Origin: a virus
Lineage: Duplodnaviria; Heunggongvirae; Uroviricota; Caudoviricetes
Length of the DNA: 26,841 nucleotides
IMG/VR virus record: IMGVR_UViG_2802429248_000008
Location: 1-26,841 of that record
Direction: 5' to 3' (one strand)
Under the pieces are notes generated by a model. It made no database searches and was not told the DNA's origin. It worked only from the letters and a program-made list of their open reading frames with translations. This document shows, one piece after another, positions 14,855-23,593 of the stretch (position 1 is the first letter of the stretch; each line of letters starts with the position of its first letter). A program made the translations under genes and the position numbers.

Positions 14855-16605
14855 CAGAACTCCATAACCGTGAAACGCTCGTTTTCTCCTTCGCCGCCAA
14901 TCGGTTCGTTAATGACAGCAAGCATGGTCGCCCACGCAAGGTCGCCGTGGCTGATCCCCCTCGCGCGGTCCGTTTCGTAAGTGATAAAGCCGCCCGGTGT
15001 TTTCACCTTACGCACGGCGTTAAAGGCCGCGACCAGTTCGCGTTCGGCGCGATCGTATTCCCACCGCCCGGCACGCATTATTTGCAGCATTTTCAGTACC
15101 AGCGACCGTTTTGATGACAGCGTGAAGGTGTACGGAATAGCAGCAGGGAAAAACCGTTTCACTATCTGATAAACAGCCTCCCCGTTCCCGCCCGTCACAT
15201 CAATGCCGATGTGTTCCACGTTGTAGCGACACGTGAACTCTTCAATGACTCTGGCCTGTTCTTCAAACTCCAGCCCCTGAACGCGTCGCGTCTCCACCGT
15301 TCGAAAACGGCCACCAGGAACAGCCGGAGGAACCACCACGGACACAGCGCCGCTGTCGCCGTTGCCACTGCTGCCGTTTGCGTCATACCCAATCCATACC
15401 GGACGATTTCCCATCGGGCGGGGAGCAAAAGGTTTCCAGTCTTTCCAGTCGTCGTATCCGTCAACGCCGCAGCCAATCAGGATATTCAGGTTAAATGCCG
15501 ATTCCCCTTCGCGGACAAACTCACACATGTAGAGATTGAGGAACTCGTCTTCGGTGTTTTCATCGCGGATTTCGTCAATATCGGTGTGTTTCCAGCCGTG
15601 ATTAACCACATCTTCCAGCGTGACAATCTGCCGCCATGTCCGGTCAGGGCAGATAAGTCCGTTATGCAGCGTTTTCCAGTCCACAGAAAAACGCTGGCGT
15701 TTATGCGAGGCCTTTTTCTCGTTCCAGCGGTCGCCGTTCCAGTAGGCGTATGCCTCGTGCGTTTCGGTGGATGGCGTGGAGAAGTAGGTGCGCCGCAGTC
15801 CGCTGAGGGTTGCCATAGCGCCAGCCACCTTGCGCAGTTCAGCAAAGCGACTGACCCAGAAAAATTCATCAAAATAAAAATTGCCCGTATAGGACTGTGC
15901 CGACGCAGCAGAAGTGCCGAGAAAATGCAGCTCTGCGCCGTTGGAGAGGATGATTTTATCGCCCCCTTTCAGCTCCACATCAACTTCAGCCGCGGCCTTC
16001 TGAATAATGCTTTTAAACTGGAACGCCTGACGACGCGACGCAGACAAAAAAATCTGGTTACGCTGGTAAGGTTGCGCCACATCGTCACGCAGCGCCATCA
16101 GCAGTGCTTCCTGTGCAAAATACCAGGTCGCCCCAATCTGTCGGGATTTCAGGATCATCCTGTTACGTATCCCGGCTTCCCTGCAAAGGGTCAGGGAGTC
16201 AAACCAGCCCCGCTGATGCCACTCCAGCCTGCTGATGATTTTTTCCCGCAGTGCGGCAATCTGTTCCGGCGTGAAATGATTTTTGAGTTTTTTCGCCCGG
16301 CCTTTCTTTCCTGCGGCCATCACATCCGGCTGGCCATCATGCAGCTTTTTAAGCTGCCGGGTCAGCAGGTCTATTTCCTTAAAGTCACCGCCTGTTTTAT
16401 TCTGTTTTTCAGTAAGCTGGATGAGGCGCGCATCAATGGACTGCGTGACACGCTGCACGGGTGGCGTTTCATCCCACTGGTCGCGTTTTTTCCACGCATA
16501 AATCGTGTTCGGGTTTATTCCCATCAGACGTGATATTTCTGCGGGCGGATAACCCTGCCAGTAAAGTTGCCGCGCACGCTGGCGCACAAAAGCGTCCTGA
16601 ATCAT
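14854..16605 (-). CDS. P: Terminase large (ATPase) subunit (P2 gpP family)
   Basis: 583 aa; N-terminal HTH-like segment (YPPAEISRLMGINPNTIYAWKKRDQW), Walker A-like KSRQIGATWYFAQEA and a nuclease-type C-terminal half. Divergent from O across a 154-bp region. Confidence 0.9.
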   Translation of the reverse strand: MIQDAFVRQRARQLYWQGYPPAEISRLMGINPNTIYAWKKRDQWDETPPVQRVTQSIDARLIQLTEKQNKTGGDFKEIDLLTRQLKKLHDGQPDVMAAGKKGRAKKLKNHFTPEQIAALREKIISRLEWHQRGWFDSLTLCREAGIRNRMILKSRQIGATWYFAQEALLMALRDDVAQPYQRNQIFLSASRRQAFQFKSIIQKAAAEVDVELKGGDKIILSNGAELHFLGTSAASAQSYTGNFYFDEFFWVSRFAELRKVAGAMATLSGLRRTYFSTPSTETHEAYAYWNGDRWNEKKASHKRQRFSVDWKTLHNGLICPDRTWRQIVTLEDVVNHGWKHTDIDEIRDENTEDEFLNLYMCEFVREGESAFNLNILIGCGVDGYDDWKDWKPFAPRPMGNRPVWIGYDANGSSGNGDSGAVSVVVPPAVPGGRFRTVETRRVQGLEFEEQARVIEEFTCRYNVEHIGIDVTGGNGEAVYQIVKRFFPAAIPYTFTLSSKRSLVLKMLQIMRAGRWEYDRAERELVAAFNAVRKVKTPGGFITYETDRARGISHGDLAWATMLAVINEPIGGEGENERFTVMEF

Positions 16606-16759
16606 TGCTCCCCCTGAGTAATTACAGGAAGATTACCCGCGCGCGAAACCGTTCTCCTTAACCCCCTGTTCTGGCCGTTTTCTTACAACAAAAGCCCTTT
16701 GTATCAGCCTGTTACGCTTTGCCATCATGACTGAAGAACCAGTCAGAGGGGCAAAAACT
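16606..16759. promoter_or_regulatory. Divergent late-promoter region between P/Q (leftward) and O-N-M (rightward)
   Basis: Only inter-operon gap between the divergent packaging and head operons. Partial TGT...ACA dyads (tgttctggccgttttcttacaaca, 16667-16690) are present, but the canonical Ogr TGT-N12-ACA spacing was not found. Confidence 0.4.
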
Positions 16760-17596
16760 ATGGCTAATGAAAAAAAGACATCCCGCAAAAAGTTTCGCGT
16801 GGCTGTCTCCGGATCAACTGTTGATGGCCGCGAAATCAGTCCGGTACATCTGCGTGAAGCCGCCGAGAACTTCAACCCGGATGTTTACGCTGCCCGCGTG
16901 AACGTTGAGCACTATCTCTCGCCATGCCCGTCAAGCGAATTTTCCGCAATGGGCGATGTCACCGCGCTGAGTACGGAAGATATTACGGAAGGCCCGCTGG
17001 CCGGACGTACTGCGCTGTATGCAGAAATCGAACCGACCGAGCGCATGAAGCAGCTTGTCGCTGACGGCAAGAAAATCTATTCCAGTATCGAACTGCACCC
17101 GCAGTTCTCCGTTAACGGGCGCGCCTATCTGGTCGGGCTGGCGATGACCGACACCCCGGCAAGCCTGGGCACTGAGCGCCTGAAATTCACGGCACAGCAA
17201 CGTCAGGCGGTGATGACGTTCAACAGTGTCCAGGGTGAAGCACCGCTTATCTCCGAAGCCATCGAGTCTGAAATCATCGAAATGGCAGAACAACGCCAGG
17301 AAGAAGGCACACAGTGGTTTAACCGCGTAATGGGGATTATTGGCCGTGGCCGCAAAGCGGATGACGCCAGTTTCTCCCGCATTCAGGAAGCGGTGGAAGG
17401 CGTCGCAACGTCACAGGCCGACATTATCGACCGTTTTAATGCACTGGATACCCGCCATCAGCAGGACAGCCAGAAAATCACTTCACTGACCACAGAGCTG
17501 GCAGCACTGAAGGAAAAACTGCGCACGCAGGACGGCGATCCGCAGAACCGGTTCACCGCAACGGGCGCAGCCTCCGACCAGCTGGCTGACTTCTGA
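16760..17596 (+). CDS. O: Capsid scaffolding protein (P2 gpO family)
   Basis: ATG 16760 in frame with track ORF 16727..17596; 278 aa, N-terminal RKKFRVAVSGSTVDGREISPVHLREAAENFNP resembles the P2 O N-terminus as recalled. Confidence 0.8.
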   Translation: MANEKKTSRKKFRVAVSGSTVDGREISPVHLREAAENFNPDVYAARVNVEHYLSPCPSSEFSAMGDVTALSTEDITEGPLAGRTALYAEIEPTERMKQLVADGKKIYSSIELHPQFSVNGRAYLVGLAMTDTPASLGTERLKFTAQQRQAVMTFNSVQGEAPLISEAIESEIIEMAEQRQEEGTQWFNRVMGIIGRGRKADDASFSRIQEAVEGVATSQADIIDRFNALDTRHQQDSQKITSLTTELAALKEKLRTQDGDPQNRFTATGAASDQLADF

Positions 17597-17619
17597 TAAG
17601 ACAAAGGAGCAAATTTTTT

Positions 17620-18672
17620 ATGAATCTGGTGATGTCAGATATTACCCGCAACAAGCTGGGTTGCTATATGGCGCAGCAGGCGTCGCTTAACAATATCCCG
17701 GTTTCCGCACTGGTATCGCGATTTACCGTGGAACCCTCGGTACAGCAGCGTTTTGAAAACGCCTCAAAGGAAAGCACCGAATTTACAAAAAGAATTAACG
17801 TGATCGGCGTGACCGACCAGAAAGGCGAAAAAATCCTCCTGGATACCACCGGGCCGATTGCGCGCACGAATACCAGTTATGACGGCACAAAACGCCGTAA
17901 CCCGAATAACGTGGTTGATCTGAAAAAACGCAAATACCAGTGCGAACAGGTGAACTACGACACGTTTATTTCATATCCGCAGCTTGATGCCTGGGCGGCA
18001 CACCCTGATTTTCAGTCCCGCATCAGCGCACAGATTGCCCGACAGGTGGCACTTGACCGCATCATGATCGGTTTCAACGGCACGTCTCACGCGGATGAGT
18101 CTAACTTCAGCACCAACAAGTTGCTTCAGGACGTTAACGTGGGCTGGCTGGAGCACATCAGAACCGACGCCAGCGAACGCGTTATGAATGACGTGACGCT
18201 GACCTCCCGTAACATGGACAACACCGTGGCGCACGCGGGTAAGTATGCGAACGCTGATGCACTGGTACAGGACGCGCGCTCATCCCTGCTGGATGAATGG
18301 CACAAGGAAGCTGACGACCTCGTGGTGATTATGGGGCGCAACCTGTTTAACTCGCTGCGTCTGCCCGTGCTGAACAGCATCAGCGGCCAGAATCCCAATG
18401 CGGAATTACTCGCCGGGCAGCTCATTCTGTCATCGCGCACCATTGGCGGGCTGGGCGTGTTCCTTGCGCCGTTCTTCCCGGATTCAACGATGCTGATCAC
18501 CTCGTTCAACAACCTGTCGATTTACTGGCAGAAAGGTTCAATGCGTCGTCTGATGAAAGACGAACCGGAATACAACCGCATCGCCACCTACCAGTCCATC
18601 AATGACGCTTATGTCGTTGAAGACTATGGCAAGTGCGCGATGGTCACTGGCCTGAAGTTCGCCGACAGCTAA
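17620..18672 (+). CDS. N: Major capsid protein (P2 gpN family)
   Basis: 350 aa, AAGGAG RBS, between scaffold and small terminase; co-linear with P2 N in segments such as FTVEPSV, DxxGxxIxxxxTSYDG, YVVEDY. Confidence 0.9.
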   Translation: MNLVMSDITRNKLGCYMAQQASLNNIPVSALVSRFTVEPSVQQRFENASKESTEFTKRINVIGVTDQKGEKILLDTTGPIARTNTSYDGTKRRNPNNVVDLKKRKYQCEQVNYDTFISYPQLDAWAAHPDFQSRISAQIARQVALDRIMIGFNGTSHADESNFSTNKLLQDVNVGWLEHIRTDASERVMNDVTLTSRNMDNTVAHAGKYANADALVQDARSSLLDEWHKEADDLVVIMGRNLFNSLRLPVLNSISGQNPNAELLAGQLILSSRTIGGLGVFLAPFFPDSTMLITSFNNLSIYWQKGSMRRLMKDEPEYNRIATYQSINDAYVVEDYGKCAMVTGLKFADS

Positions 18673-18681
18673 TCAACTCAC

Positions 18682-18700
18682 GGCGGGCATCATGCCCGCC
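18682..18700 (+). other. GC-rich hairpin 10 nt after the major capsid stop
   Basis: ggcgggca-tca-tgcccgcc, perfect 8-bp stem with 3-nt loop, no U-run; candidate RNA-stability or attenuation element. Confidence 0.5.
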
Positions 18701-18717
18701 TGTAACGGAGAGAAAAA

Positions 18718-19518
18718 ATGATTACTCCTGCACAGCAACACTGGCAGAACGTGATGGCACAGCGCGCAGGCCGGGCGAATGAAGGCGTGGACCACGCCGC
18801 GCGTACCGCGCATGAAGAGGTGCTGTATCGTCTGCGTCTGGCACAGGCCCGGCTTAAGGGCGTACAGGCAAGAAGCGCGAAAGCCGCCATCAAAAAAGAG
18901 TTGTTGCCGGATTTTTCCGGCTGGATTGAGGGAACGCTGGAGGCTGACGGCGGGCAGCAGGACGAAGTGATTGCCACGCTGATGGTGTGGGCGATTGACT
19001 GCGGCGATCTTCCGCTTGCGCTGCGTATTGGTGCGTATGTGGTCCGTCACAACCTCATCATGCCGGATAACTTTGGCCGTACTGCTGCCACGGTACTGAC
19101 CGAAGAAATCTGCAACCCGGTATTGACGCAGGCCGGGACGGATGCCGACGCGGATTTGTCCACCTTTATCGAACCACTGGACACACTTTGGGAAATTGTC
19201 GCCAACCAGGATATGCCGGACGAAGTGCGCGCCAAATTATGCAAGGCGTGCGCATTTGCCCGCCGTGGCCTGAGCGATGCGGACAGCATGGCCTCATCAC
19301 TGAAGCTGCTGCGCGAAGCGATGCACCTGAACCCGAACGCAGGTGTGAAACGCGAGATTGCAACCCTTTCCCGCGCCCTGAAGAAAGCTGATTCCGCAGC
19401 CGCACCAGAAGATGCCAGCACACCGCAGACGCAGGACGAAAGCAGCAAAAGTAAAAAGACAACGCGGAAGCCTGCAACACGAAAAAACACCGCGACGCAG
19501 AAGGCGAAGCGCGGTTAA
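18718..19518 (+). CDS. M: Terminase small (endonuclease) subunit (P2 gpM family)
   Basis: 266 aa, GGAGAG RBS, position after N as in P2; basic Lys/Arg-rich C-terminal tail. Confidence 0.8.
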   Translation: MITPAQQHWQNVMAQRAGRANEGVDHAARTAHEEVLYRLRLAQARLKGVQARSAKAAIKKELLPDFSGWIEGTLEADGGQQDEVIATLMVWAIDCGDLPLALRIGAYVVRHNLIMPDNFGRTAATVLTEEICNPVLTQAGTDADADLSTFIEPLDTLWEIVANQDMPDEVRAKLCKACAFARRGLSDADSMASSLKLLREAMHLNPNAGVKREIATLSRALKKADSAAAPEDASTPQTQDESSKSKKTTRKPATRKNTATQKAKRG

Positions 19519-19533
19519 CGACTGACCCCGTCA

Positions 19534-19606
19534 GCGGGCGGCGTGCGCGGTGTTCCGGTTTGACTCCGTGACCGTTTACACCGCGCACCCACCGCCCGAT
19601 TTTTTC
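19534..19606 (+). terminator. Long imperfect hairpin plus T-run between M and L
   Basis: Arms gcgggcggcgtgcgcggtgt (19534-19553) and acaccgcgcacccaccgcccg (19578-19598), about 24-nt loop, then attttttc (19599-19606). Confidence 0.5.
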
Positions 19607-19619
19607 AGGAGTGAACCCC

Positions 19620-20114
19620 ATGAGTATGGTTGCCAGAACCAACCCCGGACCCGCAGAGGACGACATCACCGATACCGATGATGGTGATACCCGTATTTCA
19701 GCGGGCGCATTCTGGCCGGATATTGTGCTGCGTGAGCTGCGTCTGGCGATACGACTGTCGGGCCGTGTGACCACCTCCCGCCTGCTGCATACCGCCACCG
19801 GGGCCGTGGCACACGTTACCCGCGAGCTGGAAGCGTGGCAGCAGGAACAACAGGCGGCTGGCCATCAGACGCTGGCCGATGTTCCGGCACCCGTAATTAA
19901 CGGAGAAAGCGTCAATCTCTGGCACTGGCGCAATGCCGTTTATACCGCCACACGCGCCCTGATTCTGGAGCGTTACCGCGATGCGGACACAACGGATAAG
20001 GGCGACCGCCGCGCGGACGCACTGGATATACAGACATCGGATTTGTGGCGCGATGTGAGCTGGGCCATCTCTGACATTCTGCGCCGCCCGCGAATCTTTG
20101 CGGAGCTGTGCTGA
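19620..20114 (+). CDS. L: Head completion/stabilisation protein (P2 gpL family)
   Basis: ATG 19620 with AGGAG 9 nt upstream (track ORF starts at GTG 19611); 164 aa; stop overlaps the X start (TGATG). Confidence 0.8.
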   Translation: MSMVARTNPGPAEDDITDTDDGDTRISAGAFWPDIVLRELRLAIRLSGRVTTSRLLHTATGAVAHVTRELEAWQQEQQAAGHQTLADVPAPVINGESVNLWHWRNAVYTATRALILERYRDADTTDKGDRRADALDIQTSDLWRDVSWAISDILRRPRIFAELC

Positions 20115-20314
20115 TGAAAGTGAAGGCACTGGAAGGCGACACCGTGGATTCGCTCTGTTTCCGGTACTACGGCACGACGCAGGGCGTCACCGAAAAGGTG
20201 CTGGATGCCAACCCCGGACTCTGTCAGCAGGTATTTCTGGACGCCGGGCAGGACGTGGAGATGCCGGAGCCGGAGAAGAAGAAACGAGAAATGATTCAGT
20301 TGTGGGGGGAGTAG
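20114..20314 (+). CDS. X: Tail protein X (LysM-like)
   Basis: 66 aa, MKVKALEGDTVDSLCFRYYGTTQGVTEKVLDANPGL parallels P2 gpX as recalled. Confidence 0.75.
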   Translation: MKVKALEGDTVDSLCFRYYGTTQGVTEKVLDANPGLCQQVFLDAGQDVEMPEPEKKKREMIQLWGE

Positions 20315-20316
20315 CA

Positions 20317-20640
20317 GTGAGCACCATTCAAACAGGGATCACAGAGCAGGTTATTGCGTGGCTCTTTGACCACCTGCCAACGGTGTATGCAGTAGGCGCG
20401 GCAGTCAGCATTTCCGCGCTGATGAGTCTTTATGACGGACGAACACTGGTTCAGACCGTAACGGGATCGCTGGCGTGCGGCGTTCTTGCTATGGCCGTGG
20501 CCGGGTCGTTGCGCTTCTTCGGGTTTCCTGAAGATGCCGTGACGTTTATCGGCGCATCAATCGGTTTTATGGGGGCAGAGAAAGCACGCGACAAGGTTAT
20601 TGCGGCCTTTAATCGCAGGGTGAAGGAGAAGGACGAATGA
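20317..20640 (+). CDS. Holin (membrane protein at the head of the lysis cassette)
   Basis: GTG 20317 with GGGGGAG upstream; 107 aa with hydrophobic segments and a charged C-terminal tail (RRVKEKDE); directly precedes the endolysin. Start codon is uncertain. Confidence 0.55.
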   Translation: MSTIQTGITEQVIAWLFDHLPTVYAVGAAVSISALMSLYDGRTLVQTVTGSLACGVLAMAVAGSLRFFGFPEDAVTFIGASIGFMGAEKARDKVIAAFNRRVKEKDE

Positions 20641-21029
20641 GCAACACATTTAAATTCAGCAGCCGGAGCGAAAAGAATTTGCAGGGCGTAAATCCTGATC
20701 TGGTGAAAGTGACCCGACGGGCACTGGAAATCTCGGAAGTGGATTTTGGTATCACCGAAGGGTTGCGCAGCCGTTACCGCCAGAAGCAACTGGTGGCCAC
20801 GGGTAAGAGCCAGACCATGAACAGCCGCCACCTTACGGGACATGCCGTGGATGTTGTGGCTTATATCGGCAGCCAGGTGTCATGGGAATGGCCGCTGTAC
20901 GAAAAAATCGCAGCAGCATTCAGACAGGCCAGCCGGGAACTGAATATTCCGGTGGAATGGGGCGGCGACTGGAAGACCCTGAAAGACGGACCGCATTTTC
21001 AGTTACCACACGGAGCCTATCCGGCATGA
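20637..21029 (+). CDS. Endolysin, peptidase M15-type L-alanyl-D-glutamate peptidase
   Basis: 130 aa; zinc-ligand pattern SRHLTGHAVDV (His-x6-Asp) and a later DGPHFQL His, as in M15 endolysins. This is not the lysozyme found at this position in P2. Confidence 0.8.
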   Translation: MSNTFKFSSRSEKNLQGVNPDLVKVTRRALEISEVDFGITEGLRSRYRQKQLVATGKSQTMNSRHLTGHAVDVVAYIGSQVSWEWPLYEKIAAAFRQASRELNIPVEWGGDWKTLKDGPHFQLPHGAYPA

Positions 21030-21433
21030 AGCTCTGGCCCACGCTTGGCGTCGCTTTCCTTCTGATTGCCGGATGGGGAACATCCATGCGTCTGTCGTGG
21101 TCGCTGGGCCGGGAGAACGCCAGAAATGAAGCGCAGGCCAGCACCCTGAAAAGTACCGCCGACACCCTGAATATCATCAGCGCCGGGGTACAGGATATGC
21201 AGCAGGTGCTGGCGCAACTCCGCGTGGAAAATCAGCAACGCAATCAGGACGGAGAGGCAAGACGTGAACAGCTACGCAACGATATTGCAAAAGATGAATG
21301 CGCCCACGCTTTGCCTGACGCTCGTTTTACTGACAGGCTGCGCAGGCACGCAGAACGCGCCACTGCCAGCGCCGTCAGTCCGGCTTATACCGCAGACGCT
21401 GACCATACCGGTAACGCCTCCCCCATTCCCTGA
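21026..21433 (+). CDS. i-spanin (Rz/LysB-like)
   Basis: ATG 21026 overlapping the endolysin stop; N-terminal TM segment (LWPTLGVAFLLIAGW) then a coiled-coil periplasmic domain. Confidence 0.7.
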   Translation: MKLWPTLGVAFLLIAGWGTSMRLSWSLGRENARNEAQASTLKSTADTLNIISAGVQDMQQVLAQLRVENQQRNQDGEARREQLRNDIAKDECAHALPDARFTDRLRRHAERATASAVSPAYTADADHTGNASPIP

Positions 21434-21584
21434 CACTCCCACATGGGGAAATCTCGGTATATGGGGCGACCGCCTTCTGGATGCACTGGAAACCTGTAAC
21501 GCGGATAAACGGGCCATTGAATTACTGGAACAGCGCAGGCTGCAACGACTGAACAACGAGGATAACAACCATGCTGAAAACTGA
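21264..21584 (+). CDS. o-spanin (Rz1/LysC-like) lipoprotein, overlapping the i-spanin in another frame
   Basis: Lipobox LLTGC, Pro-rich mature region; starts inside the i-spanin gene (alternative ATG at 21294). Confidence 0.65.
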   Translation: MNSYATILQKMNAPTLCLTLVLLTGCAGTQNAPLPAPSVRLIPQTLTIPVTPPPFPDTPTWGNLGIWGDRLLDALETCNADKRAIELLEQRRLQRLNNEDNNHAEN

Positions 21585-22038
21585 TTCCCTGCGTGAAGCC
21601 ATGACCCGTTCATGCCGATGGTGTCAGGCTAACCCGGAAAAATTCACCATTTTCGTGGAGAGCGGCAACATTGAAACGACCGGAGAAACTCCCTCGTTTG
21701 TTTACCGCTATCAGATAGTGATGTTTGTCATGGATTACGCCGGGGAGCTGGACGACCTCACGCTGCCGCTACTGGCGTGGTTATCCGAAAATCAGCCGCA
21801 GTTGTTGCTCAATCCGGAGCGTAATCAGGACATCAAATTTTCCGCCGTTATCAATGACGATGACAGCGCCGATCTCCTGTTTACGCTCCCTCTGCGGGAA
21901 CGCGTTCGCATCACGCGCAGCAGTCAGGGCACGCCGCAGGCAGAACACCTGCCGGAGCCAAAACCCCGCCTGCCATCTTCCGAAGGCGACTGGTCGCATG
22001 TATTCCAGGATGTGACGTGGGGTGAAAGCGATGGATAA
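21571..22038 (+). CDS. R: Tail completion protein (P2 gpR family)
   Basis: 155 aa, GAGGA RBS, N-terminus MLKTDSLREAMTRS resembles P2 R as recalled; position before S/V. Confidence 0.8.
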   Translation: MLKTDSLREAMTRSCRWCQANPEKFTIFVESGNIETTGETPSFVYRYQIVMFVMDYAGELDDLTLPLLAWLSENQPQLLLNPERNQDIKFSAVINDDDSADLLFTLPLRERVRITRSSQGTPQAEHLPEPKPRLPSSEGDWSHVFQDVTWGESDG

Positions 22039-22666
22039 GGCATTCATCCGCGTGGATGAAACCTTTGAGGCTATCCGCGACAGCCTGAATCAGCAGGCCA
22101 TCAATAACATCGCCAGAAAGCTGGCACAGGATTTACGTCGCGCCCAGCAGGCACGTATCCGGTCACAGAAAGCGCCGGACGGGACCGCATGGACACCACG
22201 CAGACGCCGCGTAACCCGGATACAGGAGCGTATTCGCTTTATCTGGAATAACGAAGCACGCACGCTGAAAAACTGGCATCACGACACGGGGAAATACGGG
22301 CGAACCATTACCGGGTGGGATGAGGATAAAAACAATATCCGCACGTTTTACCGGGATGACATCGACCGTTTTCTGGAAATACGCACCCGGCGCATCAACC
22401 AGGACAGCACAAAGCGCGTCCCCATGTTCGTAAAACTGCGCACCGCCCGCTACCTGAAAGCCCGTGCAGATGCTTCCGGTGTGACGGTGGGTTACAGCGG
22501 CGTGGCCGCACGTATTGCACGCGTTCATCAGTTCGGTGAGCGCGATCAGGTTGCGCCGGGCATTTTCACCGATTACCCGGTACGTGAGCTGCTGGGCATC
22601 AGTCAGGCAGATGAACGCCTGATTTATAACACGGTGCTGGGCCGGATTGCGGAGGCTGTACGGTGA
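22031..22666 (+). CDS. S: Tail completion / virion morphogenesis protein (P2 gpS-like)
   Basis: ATG 22031 overlaps the R stop by 8 nt; 211 aa, longer than P2 S as I recall it; called by position. Confidence 0.65.
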   Translation: MDKAFIRVDETFEAIRDSLNQQAINNIARKLAQDLRRAQQARIRSQKAPDGTAWTPRRRRVTRIQERIRFIWNNEARTLKNWHHDTGKYGRTITGWDEDKNNIRTFYRDDIDRFLEIRTRRINQDSTKRVPMFVKLRTARYLKARADASGVTVGYSGVAARIARVHQFGERDQVAPGIFTDYPVRELLGISQADERLIYNTVLGRIAEAVR

Positions 22667-23244
22667 GCGCAGAACTCATGCGGCTGCTGAGCAACATCAT
22701 CCGCACCGGGATCATCTCTGAAGTTGATGAGGAATCCTGGCGCGTGCGCGTTCGCAGCGGCGAACTGGAAACAGGCTGGTTGCGCTGGAACACCACGCGC
22801 GCGGGGGCCTTCAATGTGTGGCTGCCGCCATCACCAGGCGAACAGGTGGTCATTGCCTGCATTGGCGGCAACCCGGAAACCGCCATGATAATCGGCAGCC
22901 TGTGGAGTGATGCCAATCCGGCACCCGGCAAAAGCCTGAAAGAAATCGTGATCAGCGCGCCGGACGGCGCGGTGTTCCGCTACGACGCGGACGCAGGCGC
23001 ACTGAGTGCCAGCGGCATGAAAACGGCCACTTTGCAGGCATCCGTCAGCGTGAAACTGGATACACCCGTCGTGGAATGCACAAACCTTCTGAAAACAGCC
23101 GAGATTGACGTCACAAAAGGGGGAAAGATGAGCGGCAATATCACGCACAGCGGCGGCGACTTCACCTCAAACGGCATCACAGTGCATACGCATAAACACG
23201 GTGGCGTTAAAGGTGGCAGCGATTCGACAGGAGGCCCGCAGTGA
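22663..23244 (+). CDS. V: Baseplate spike/assembly protein (P2 gpV family)
   Basis: GTG 22663 with GGAGG 7 nt upstream; LRxxIRTGII ... WLPPSPGEQV ... VHTHKHGG segments parallel P2 gpV. Confidence 0.85.
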   Translation: MSAELMRLLSNIIRTGIISEVDEESWRVRVRSGELETGWLRWNTTRAGAFNVWLPPSPGEQVVIACIGGNPETAMIIGSLWSDANPAPGKSLKEIVISAPDGAVFRYDADAGALSASGMKTATLQASVSVKLDTPVVECTNLLKTAEIDVTKGGKMSGNITHSGGDFTSNGITVHTHKHGGVKGGSDSTGGPQ

Positions 23245-23591
23245 CAACCCGCTACACAGGAATGAACCCGGACGGGACGGGAAACCTGAACGATATGGAG
23301 CACCTGAAACAGTCAGTCAGGGACATCCTGACCACCCCGCTGGCAAGCCGGGTTATGCGACGGGAATATGGCAGCCTTGTGCCTGATTTGATTGACGAAC
23401 CCATGAATAACACCACGCGTCTGCAATGCATGAGTGCCGCCGTGATTGCGCTGACACGATGGGAACCCCGCATTGCCCTGGATGCCATCGACGTTGTCTG
23501 GAAAGCGGGAGGCCGCGCCGGGGTGACGCTGTCGGGCACTGTCATGCAGACCATGCAGAATGTTGAATTAACCATCGCGCTGAGGGAGTAA
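23241..23591 (+). CDS. W: Baseplate wedge protein (P2 gpW / gp25-like)
   Basis: GTG 23241 with AGGAGG 7 nt upstream; 116 aa; position and size match P2 W. Confidence 0.8.
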   Translation: MTTRYTGMNPDGTGNLNDMEHLKQSVRDILTTPLASRVMRREYGSLVPDLIDEPMNNTTRLQCMSAAVIALTRWEPRIALDAIDVVWKAGGRAGVTLSGTVMQTMQNVELTIALRE

Positions 23592-23593
23592 TC

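Noticed and set aside
15211-16533. 440-aa plus-strand ORF
   Set aside because: Entirely antisense to the large terminase gene, which has clear family motifs; composition is Arg/Phe/Leu-rich as expected for an antisense frame.
18673-19490. Minus-strand ORFs of 95 to 147 aa opposite the small terminase gene
   Set aside because: Antisense to M within a co-directional late operon; no RBS; low-complexity Ser/Ala/Arg-rich translations.
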